This document shows positions 54,466 through 64,000 of a stretch of DNA of 64,000 nt, in pieces. The position numbers and the translations under genes were made by a program. The notes beneath the pieces are model-generated. The model did no database searches, was not told the DNA's origin, and saw only the letters and a program-made list of their open reading frames with translations. Origin of the DNA: a virus. Its lineage: Duplodnaviria > Caudoviricetes. The stretch lies in the IMG/VR virus record IMGVR_UViG_3300049794_000047; one strand, 5' to 3'. How positions within the stretch are numbered: the stretch's first letter is position 1; every line of letters starts with the position of its first letter.

Positions 54466-57400
54466 ATTCTTACGCCGGATCAAAGCAGCTGAGACCAGCA
54501 TTCTGCCCGAGGGCTGTCCACGGGCGGATGGCTACTTCGATCCTGACATGATCGGGCGGGCTTCCACCCTTTGGATCGCCAACCACAAACTAACGGCCAC
54601 GCGCCAGGAGAATTTGCCGATGGCGACACATGAAATTCTTGGAATAGACCCTTACCGCGAGGGCGCTTCCATCGCGTTTGGAGTTCCCTACAACCGAGTC
54701 ACAAATAGCCAGCGGACCCTCTTCAAGGAGGGCTTCGCCTTGTTCGCCTGCGGGCTTGAAATGAGCAGGCAAATGGGCCAGGAGAACATCCGAGCACAGG
54801 TCAAGCGCGTGGCCCGCATGATGCGTCTACGCGGGGGGGTCTAGCAAGTGCTGGACGTCCCCATGTGCCCGACCCCTGAACCGAGGATCAAGCCGTGAGC
54901 AGCGGACATCCGGTCGAGCAGGCGATCCGTCGATCCCACTGCGCGCATGCGGACAGTTCCGACCCCCGGCACCCGTGTGTCGGCAGTTGCCACATCACTC
55001 CTCAGGGTGTGACGCTCACCTGCAAGGCGTGCGGTGACGACGAGCGGGCGATCGCGCCGGCAGAGACCTTGCCCGAGGCCCGGCTTGTTCGCGAAATCCT
55101 TGATGTGATCGGTATCGAATTCGACGCCCTCGCACCCGAGCGCAGGATACGTGCCGCGGAGGCCGCGAAGCGCTGGATGATGACGAGGCGCCACTGAATG
55201 CGCCGTGATCTACACGGACTCGACGCCGCAGGTGCTGGCGACCTTGGCACTGTCGACGATGGCGCGCTGTTTGGGCTGTGTCCGAGCTGCGGCGCTGAAC
55301 TGCGCGTCGTGTACGCGGAAGATCCGTACACCCGACGCAGCTGTCGCGCCATCACGCACCCAGTGCCGTTCTGCACGTATTTTGGAGAGACCGATCCCTC
55401 CGTGATTGAGTGTGACATCCAGCACGCGAAGAAACCTCTATCGTCATGACCGCCGCTCGCATGGAGCACACAACGCGAGCACCGGGTGTTCGGCTACCCG
55501 TGTCTCGAGCACAACGCAAAGGCTCGTTCTGCAGTCATCCAGAGACGGGTATAGATCTACCCAGAGCTGCATGACAACCATTTGCGCCGATGCACCTACG
55601 GCACGTTAACTGCTCTAGTCATCCAACATGTCGATCCAGAGCCGACACCTTTACGCAGCCTACAAGCGAATCGAAGCCTTCGTTGGCAAGGCGGGTGCGC
55701 TAGTGCTCGCTACCGTCTGGACGACGTGCGAGGTGAACCACGGCCCGGAAGTGAATGGCATCGGACCGCTCGGGATTCAAGAGTAGGTCCAAGGAGCGTT
55801 GCCCATGCCGAGCAAGAGGAAAGCGCGCGTAAGGTTGAGCATGGTGCCCGCTGCAGCCGGTCAGTTGCAAGATGTTAAGGACATGCGCGCAGCCGCTCTC
55901 AAGACGTCAATCGATCTCCGCATGAGAGCGGACGAAATCGAGGATGCTGCTCGTACGATCGCGAGCATCGCCTACGATGAGGGTCGCAGCGATGAGATCG
56001 ATGGACCGGCGTGGGATCGTGCAGAGAAGATCCTGCGCGCAGCAGGGATCCCGGTGCCGAACTCCGGCCTACTGGTGTGGTCGTGACGATCGGCGATCCG
56101 AAGTCGTTTACATGCTCGAAGTGTGGCGCCAAGCCTGGCGTGTCGTGCCTGTCCTATCGCGGCAAGATCCAGACACTCACGCGATTTCACCATGCGCGTG
56201 TGGATGGTGCGCGCGGGTTCTTCATCGATCCTGACGGCAAGGCGCGTCCCACCCTGGCAGCCGGCATTCACATGGAGTGCGGGATCTGCGGTGCACAGCC
56301 CGGCCACGTCTGCATCTCGATGGCCAAGCGTTACTCGGGTGACTACGGCTGTCGTGGACGCGCAATCTCACTTCCCTCATGGACGCGTGATCGCAAGACG
56401 TTCCACAAAGAACGCGTGCTGGCTGCCGTCGCTGAGAGCGATCGCCGCAAGACTGCAGCGGCCGAGTACAACACGCACCAGTTGCGCCCTGAACGAAAGG
56501 ATGGCGGTCCATGATTCCGACGCAGATCACCGACGAGCGTGTCTGGAACGCGCTGCGTCACCACATTGTGCTTGGCACCGACGCGCACCTGTCACGTTAC
56601 GATCTGGCCAAGCGAAGCGGTCCGCACGCTACGCTGGCGTGTGTCGAATGCGGACGTGCACGGTGGATGCATGCAACGCGGCACGACACCTGCGGGCAAT
56701 TCAGTTGGGTTGCAGCCGCGACGATCTCCGATGAGCTGATCACGATCTTCCGACTCGTGGCAGGCCTCGATCATGACATCGCTGTGGAGTGTTCTAGGGC
56801 GCTTAATGACTTCGGCTTGGCTCCTGGACCGCAGCGTGACAGCAAGCGAACCGTCGCGGCTGCGATCAACGCGGCACTGCACCGCTACGCCGGTGCCCTC
56901 AACGCCGAGGTCAAGCCGTGAGCTACACCCCGAAGACCCGCGGTCCAGATCTGTCTGATCCAGAGCGGGGGCCGTTCCGAAACGTGACGAGGATTGCTCG
57001 CGCGATGCTCGCGATGCGCGCGGTGAGGCGCGGAGAATGATCTACCAACTCGACATTTTCGACCCGCTCAAGATCATGTTACAAGGAGCACCGGCCGATG
57101 AGCGAAGTCGTCGTTGAAACCCAGGAACAACTGCTCGCCGTGCTTGACCAGATCTCGTTTGCCCCGTCGTGCGTGAACATGGGCTGGCAGTGGCAAATCG
57201 AGGAACTGCAGTCGCCGTCCGGTGATCTGCGTGGCTGGCTCGTCAACACCACGTTCCGTCGTCCCGACACGCACACCGGCGAGATTGGAATCGGCTCGGG
57301 GCGCAAGGAGCTGATCGCCTACGGGGCGAGCGAAACCGCCGTAGTGAAGACGGCGTGGCTGCTCGCGGAGTTGATCGTGCGCCACGAATTGATGGAGGCG

Positions 57401-59182
57401 TTTCTCTATCGTGGCGTGCGCATCTTCAACCCCCACCACACCGTCGATGAGCTGTCCATGCCAGCGAGGTTTTCCTAGCTTGCCGAACCTGGCGGCAGTC
57501 TCTCGTATCCAACGTCGCCGGTCCAGATGAAGACGATTGAACTGATCGGTTGGCCCCACACCCGATCGCCGCTCGTGCCTCCATCGAGCCCCCCGATGGC
57601 GGACACGGTGTGCCCGGCGTGCGGTGAGCAGTCCAGCGTCACGTTCACCCTTGAGGAAGAGCGGTTCCCCTACGGGATCGCCCCGCACACGGTGGAACTC
57701 GCCACAATGATGGACAAAGGTCGCTGCGCTGCCTGCACGCTCGAGTTCACTGACTGGCGCGCGGAGGAAGCACATGATCGGGCTGTCCAGATCTACCTCG
57801 CTGATCACAAGGATCTACCCTGATGTCATCTGTGGCAGCGGCGAAGCCTCCCGCACGTCGCAAGCGCGACCCCCTCACCGGGCCGAGACGCGAGGTGATC
57901 TACATCTTCGAGCGCGAGGGCTCGTGCGGCGGCCCGTACTGGTTGCTCGTGCTGTCATGCGGGCACGCCGTCTCTCGCAGGCGGCATGACCCCAGTAACT
58001 TCGCCCAGATGCTGTTTCGACCCCTCAGCGAGAAGCTCGCACCCCGGCACGTACAGTGTCACTATTGCGGGATGGGTGCGGAGCAGCGCGATCCGTGGAT
58101 CCTGATCCAGGTCTTGGAGCAGCAGAAATGATGATCCCACAAGACTACATGCTCTCCCTGGCTGAGCTGGCTGATGTTCACCGCGACCTGCCGGTGGGTA
58201 CGTTGGTGCGACACGTTGGGGGTGCTGTGGCGCGGGTGACGTCAATGCGGGGGGACTTCGCGGAATGTCACCGCATCAAGCGCGACGGGACACGTGATCG
58301 AAGGTTGTTTGGGTGGTCTGGATCACTACCCAAAGCACTCTGGACCGTGCTGCCGTGAGCAACGAGAAAATCTGGCAGGTGCTCCTGCCCGATGGCTCGG
58401 CCTGGGTCCCTGCGGACTCGCGTCCCGATGATCCCCGGCGCTCGTGGATCTACTCGCGATCCATCGCTGACATGTTCGCGCGCGACGTCGGTGGAGAGGT
58501 CGTTGAGGTGAGCCGTCACCAGCGAGAGAAGCTGCTCGATCAAGAGATCGCCACGGTGCTCACGGAACCGAAGACGCGCCCGGTGAAGACGCGTGCCCGC
58601 CCTTTTCCCCGGACTGCTCGAGAAGCACTCGCAACAGCGATCCTGGAGAGCGTGCCACTGACCTACGCTGCACGCTCCGCACTCGACACGACGCGCGAAA
58701 CTGCGGATGAGGGTGAGCACAGGGCAGCGCTTGGCGCTCTCAAGAAGGGGCTGCCCGCCACGTTGTGGATCGGCTACGATCCGAAGAGCACCCGGGGCTT
58801 TGCCCAGGAAGCCGAGCCCGTCTGGAACACGGATGATCCCCAAGGTGAAGCTCCGGGGCAGTGGCGCCAGATCGTGCGCGATGAGATCGTGGACCTCCTC
58901 ATCGGCGCCCCCCCCAAGAGGGGCTAGGGAACCACGAGCGGCAGACAGCATGCTCTCAGCTACTTGCTGGCAAAGGACAGGGTATCTCCTCACCCGTATC
59001 TCAGGCACCACGGCCCCCGCACTCTCACAGAGACGGGTGCTTTTCTACCCACGCATACGCGCCGGATACTTACGCCAATGCGCGCTCGGCACGCAAGCTG
59101 CTCCAAACGTTTTGTCGAGGGAATCGTCGACTTCGACATCCCCCCACATTTCAGGTCTCGTTGCGCTTGTCGAAGGTCACGC

Positions 59183-59980
59183 GTGCTGATCAAAATCACA
59201 AATTTTTGTTCCATGGGCTGTTCGCACTGCATGGAAAATTCAACCGTCGCCGGGCAGCACATGACTCGCGAGACGTTTCTGGCAGCCCTGGGGCTCACCG
59301 AGCGCCTCGAAGGGCTCGCATGGCAACGTGGCATCCCAAAGCTCCTCTTGACCAGCGGGGGCGAGGCCACCGAGCACCCAGACATCGAGTGGTTCCTGGA
59401 GACCGCTCTTGCAGCTGGCTACCAGCGCTTTCTCATCACCAACGGCATGTGGCTCGATAACCCCGAGCTGCGCGCGAAGATCCTCCGACCAGACTGGATG
59501 GATCTGATGGTCCAGGTGACCAACGATCCGAGGTTCTATCCATCAGCCCCCAGGGCCGTACCGACCGACGATCCTCGCGTCGTGTTCGTGCCGTCCTTGA
59601 CCGTGCTCGTAACACTCGGGAGGCTCAAGCGGACGCGGCTGCCCGCGACTCCCCCTGTCCGCAAGGGGCCCACCTCGTTCAACTTCCGGTCGCTGACTCG
59701 ATCATTTCGCGATGTGCGCGAGGCTATCTTCATGCTCCGTGCGCGGGCGGCGATGGGCCTGTCAGGGCACTGCTCGCCGAGCATCTCGAGCGACGGTTCG
59801 ATCGTCGCGGGTGAGACCTCGAATTGCTTTTCAGTCGGCGACGTGCATTCCAGCGCCGAGGAGATCACCCGCGCACTGCTCGCCATGCAGTGCAACAGGT
59901 GCGGACTGGTCGACAACCTCAGCCAGCAGGAGAAGCTCGCGATCGGCGAAGCGCGCGTCCTCACCCCGGAGTCCCCGTGA
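59183..59980 (+). CDS. Radical SAM protein
   Basis: CSMGCSHC (CX3CX2C), SGGEATEHP, ITNG, C-terminal cysteines. Confidence 0.9.
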   Translation: MLIKITNFCSMGCSHCMENSTVAGQHMTRETFLAALGLTERLEGLAWQRGIPKLLLTSGGEATEHPDIEWFLETALAAGYQRFLITNGMWLDNPELRAKILRPDWMDLMVQVTNDPRFYPSAPRAVPTDDPRVVFVPSLTVLVTLGRLKRTRLPATPPVRKGPTSFNFRSLTRSFRDVREAIFMLRARAAMGLSGHCSPSISSDGSIVAGETSNCFSVGDVHSSAEEITRALLAMQCNRCGLVDNLSQQEKLAIGEARVLTPESP

Positions 59981-60230
59981 AGGGTCTCGACACGTTGGTC
60001 ACGCGCTGTACACAGATCGCCGACAGGGTCGTCCCAGAGTATCGAGCCAGGAACAAGAGCTACTCATGCACTGGAGGCGTGGCGAAGCGTTGGCAGGCCG
60101 CGTGGGACGGCGCGTGTATAGCTCTTGGTAACGACCCCAAGGAAGTCGGTGATGCTGAGCGGCGAGTTCGAGTTCACGGTCGAGGCAAACGTCAGCCCGG
60201 GGTGCTTACAAAGAAGGAAGGCAAAGCAAC

Positions 60231-60689
60231 ATGACTGCGATTGAATTCGTAATGGTCGGGACCTGCCTGGCAGCGATTGGGATCTGCCTGTGGCAATCTT
60301 GCCGTGTGCGTGGGAGATCGGACAAACAGCATGGAGACTTCGGGGATACTGCCAAAGGAGACCTGCCACGATCTGCCCCCGGCATCGCGGTCGAACTTGA
60401 CTGCCGTGCGTGCGGCCGTCAAAATCGAGTTCCGAGCGAGCGCCTGCGCGACCGGCCGAAGTGTGGCGGATGTAAAAAAACATTGATGCCGGGGAAGCGC
60501 CTCACGATCTGCCACGCCAACTTGATAGAGGGCGCGCTGCGCGAGAGCCTGAATGCTGCCTGGATGGACTCCGACCACTTTTGGAGCTGCCTCCCGCCGC
60601 CACGGCCTCCCGCGGAGCGCCATGTCACTCCCGTCGGTGCAGCGATGGCGAGCCATGCAACGACAGCAGGGAGACATGCCCATGACTGA
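60231..60689 (+). CDS. Membrane-anchored Zn-ribbon protein (Trx2-type N-terminal finger)
   Basis: N-terminal hydrophobic helix; CRACGRQNRVP....PKCGGCK; no WCGPC. Confidence 0.6.
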   Translation: MTAIEFVMVGTCLAAIGICLWQSCRVRGRSDKQHGDFGDTAKGDLPRSAPGIAVELDCRACGRQNRVPSERLRDRPKCGGCKKTLMPGKRLTICHANLIEGALRESLNAAWMDSDHFWSCLPPPRPPAERHVTPVGAAMASHATTAGRHAHD

Positions 60690-62972
60690 TAGCCCCCGAG
60701 AGACTGTATCTGACTACATCGCACTGGACTGGTACGACGGCCCCCTCCTCGAGATCGCGCGTGTTGACTTCACGGATCGCGACCGTATGGTGCAGGTGTG
60801 CTCGCTGTGCGACGTCCACGAGATCGAGCAGCCCCCGGGCGAGCGCCTCCGCGGGACAATCAGCGGCAAGGAGCCGTGGACACGAACCGTCATCCGGCTG
60901 ACTCGAGATGATCTGCAGGCGATGCTCAATTTGCTGGACGACAAGCCAGTGAGAGGATTTCACGATCGATGATGACCCCGCCGCCACTCACCTGCCGCAA
61001 CTGTGGTGATCTGTTCACCGATCCCGAGCGCCCCTGCCCCCACCCGTCACCTGGCCGTGAGTACAAGGAGACCGGGCGCGGCGGCCATATGTTCGTGGCG
61101 CCTCCCCCAGCCCTGTTGGGAGAGCCGCTCTCCGCTATCCGACTCCAGGCCATTGGTGATCTGTCCAAGATCCGCGGACCGCATGCGGGCTCTGGTTGCA
61201 AGTGCGACGGATGTCTACAGGCTGCAGCACTAACGGATCTGCACGGGGAGTACGAGCGAATGCGCGCCGAGTGCAAGCGCTTACGTCGCGCGGCACTGGA
61301 AACTGCGCGGGTGTTCACGCCAGAGCAGATCGAGCGCTTGATGGAAGTTGAGCCCTGAGACGATGAGCGACACGACCCTACAAGACGAAGACGGCGTGCG
61401 GTACTCGTATGACAACCTGCGGACACAGGGTTGGTTGGACGGCCACGCAAGCGGCCTCGATGTCGCATTCGGATTCTTGGTCGAGCGCGCCGTGGCGCTG
61501 TTCCGCGACCGGAAGGATGAAGACGCCACGCGTCTGCGCCGCCTCGCAGACGAGATGGTCCAGGCGCTCCGTCCCCAGATGGAGGAGCGCTCCCGAGAAC
61601 ACGCCCAGAACTTCCCTGTTGTGGTTGCCGCGGCGTCGCCACCGGAAGATGCGAAGGACGAGGGCGAGGGCGGCAGTGACAGCAAGCGCACGTGGCTGGA
61701 CGACGATGACGAGCCATGACAGCGCGTATGAAACCATCTATGCGGAGATGCCGATGAGCAAGCTGGATTGCCTGCCGCAGAACAATGCAGGCTGGGACCC
61801 GGGTAAGGATCCGTCGTGAGTGAACACGTCACCTGCGAGCACTGCAGCAAGCCCGGCCAGAGGCGTACCGGTCACGTGGCACCCGAGGGCTGGTGGTTTG
61901 GATCGTTCACGCTGGAACCGGATGGCGATCACGATCCAGGAGACACACTGGTCGTGCATGCATGCTCGAACGAATGTCGCGACGCTCTGTGGACCAGGCA
62001 AGAGGGCCACAAGTGGGACGTACTTGAACGCCGAATCGACGTAGCATCAGAGATCCGCCGCTACGCCGCACACGCCATTGCCGGTCTTCGCGAGCACGTT
62101 AGGCGCATCAGGATGGGAACGTGGGAGAGTGTTGCGAATTCAGAGTCGTTCGCCGGATCGAAGGTTGCCGCACTGCTAGAGGACGCGGCAGACCACCTTG
62201 AATCAAGAGCCGAAAACGAAGTCGAAGCGCTGCAGCCCCAATGCGGAACAGCTGAAACATGAACAAACCAATCTGGCCCAAGGTGAGCGCTGAGCGCGAC
62301 CGTGTGACGATCATGATCGGAGGTGTCGGCGTATCCATTACCACAGAGGACAGTCGACAGCTCCGGAAGAAGCTAATCGCTGCGGAACTAGAGGCCGACC
62401 GTCATCCGCGGAGAACCCATGAACCTTCAGCGCCTCATTGATTATATCCCGTCGACCGTACTCCGACGAGTCGCCGATCGTCCGACTTTCCTGGACGACA
62501 TCACCCGCTACGTCGCGATGGACGACAGCGACCTCCTTCATGCCACCGAGGGCTGTCTAAAGAACCTAAAGCGCCTTGACGATGACAGCCCCGGTCCAGA
62601 CAGCGACCTCCAGCTCATCCTCATACCTGAGATCTGGGAGCGGATCCGTCCGGGCACCAGAGATAAGCTCCGCCGTATCTCGTCCACCCTGGCAGAGTAC
62701 AGTCCCGATCCTGAGCGCCCGTCGATCTTCGCGCGACTGCTGGGACCAGAGACAATGGCGCGCCTGCGTGAGAGCGCTGACGCGTTACGCCAGCGCATCT
62801 TGCATGTGTCAAGCGTCGATGTCGAAACTCTCGTCGAGCAGGTGCGTTTTGCGATCGCGGGCTCTCGTGTAACCGACCGCTAGTCCCCGGCCGACTGCGT
62901 GTACGAGCCCGGGTTCGTCTACCGGCTGGTGCCCGTGGTCGCGTGCCGTGCATTATCCCGACAGGACCCTTA

Positions 62973-63058
62973 GGGGCTGGACTTTATTAACTTGGTCATT
63001 TGCCCGATTTTCGGACGAAGATCCACCCGAAATGACCAGGTTATTTCGTTCCAGCCCC
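62973..63058 (-). mobile_element. 86-bp MITE copy 12
   Basis: TIRs plus TTA duplication. Confidence 0.9.
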
Positions 63059-63108
63059 TTAGCGGGCCTTTGGCGCGCCAGAGCACACGGAACACAGCAT
63101 CTTCCTCT

Positions 63109-63542
63109 TCACTTCTTCACGTCGACTACGGCCCTCACGAGCTTCTCGAAGTGAGGGTTCGACAGCGCCCACGCGCCACGGGCACTCCGAAGACGGGTAA
63201 CGATCTCATCCGCTTCCATGCCGAAGACGTCGTGCATCGCGAGTGCCGCGATGAGCGCTGATCGATTGAGCCCCATCGCGCACGTCACGAGCACGCGCCG
63301 ACCAGCACGCAGACGACGGGCAACACGGCCGGCGGTCTTCACGGCAAGAGCGATCTCGTCCTCGCGCAGCTGCCGACTCGGATCATCGTCGAGCGGTGCG
63401 TGAAGCACCTCCGTGCCCGGAAACAGATCAGCGGGAGGCTGGTACTCCAGCGCTGCAAGAACGATTGCGTCAACGCAGCGTATCGTCCAGGCGCCGGCTT
63501 GGAGCCGACGAAGAGACCAGGCGCAACTTTGTTCTGTGACAT
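63109..63542 (-). pseudogene. Dual-specificity/protein-tyrosine phosphatase, frameshifted near 63475
   Basis: VAPGLFVGS in one frame; VDAIVL..PLDD..VLVTCAMGLNRS (CX5R) in another. Confidence 0.8.
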
Positions 63543-64000
63543 CAACAACATCTCCTGGGCTTCATGGCAACGGCATCTCCGTGACCCTGACCAGTGTAGT
63601 CCTGGAGAGCGCGTAGCGCCGCGTAGCGCCGCGTAGTCCGTGATCGAGATCTCCTCGTCAGTGAAGTTGTCGGGCGACCTCCCACAGCGCAAGCACGTCC
63701 GCGGGGACAGCAGCTGTCTACGCAGCATGCTTCGACCTGACGCGGAAGGACTGGTGGATTCCGGTGGCTGAATTCCCGAGGCGCTGATCACTCGAGGGCC
63801 AAGCAGGTGAAGGTAACGAAACGACAGCAGACATTCATTTCGTTGTCTAGGGTGTTAGGATGAACCTATGACCACCCACGAACATGCCTACGCCGAGGGA
63901 TCCGCTGCACAATGTGATCATTGCGGTGGTGGCGGTCGACGTTGGTATATTCCGCTAACGGACGAAACGCTGTGTCATTCGTGTTACGAGTGGCTGCTCG

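Noticed and set aside
7326-63058. MITE as integron attC sites or a dispersed CRISPR
   Set aside because: Both orientations, insertion inside genes, and TIRs with target duplication indicate transposition.
7323-63261. ORFs sharing RGWTLLTWSFERFPDEDPPEMTRLFRSSP or GLERNNLVISGG
   Set aside because: Read-through of the MITE sequence.
63610-63636. GCGTAGCGCC 10-bp tandem repeat
   Set aside because: Short, at an IS-remnant junction; probably slippage.
1-64000. tRNA/rRNA genes and canonical virion genes (terminase, portal, tail)
   Set aside because: No recognisable sequence, so phage versus plasmid identity remains unresolved.

Overview
GC-rich accessory DNA that looks like a large phage, prophage or megaplasmid. 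It is dense in small, overlapping hypothetical ORFs, and a Fis-type HTH and four-helix-bundle gene suggest a myxobacterial host (inference). No rRNA, tRNA or core housekeeping operon was seen. The centrepiece is a type V CRISPR-Cas locus with no adaptation module: promoter, 55-aa RHH-like ORF, stand-alone VapE-type P-loop ATPase, a 704-aa Cas12m(V-U1)-like effector whose RuvC D-E-D triad looks intact, then about 7 kb (18633-25577) with about 60 repeats of one 36-nt family in several sub-arrays. An 86-bp MITE with 3-bp TTA/TAA target duplications occurs 12 times and has inserted into genes, a TA operon and a CRISPR spacer. Also present: IS1182 and Y1/RAYT transposases, a decayed DDE+HTH IS family (5 remnants), an IS607 tnpA without tnpB, two tyrosine recombinases, two TA modules, Orn-like, metallophosphoesterase, radical SAM and DSP genes, a four-member beta-rich repeat-domain family, a recurring QLDxEIA peptide tag and many leaderless-type promoters. 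All calls are by-eye motif recognition; no database search was run.
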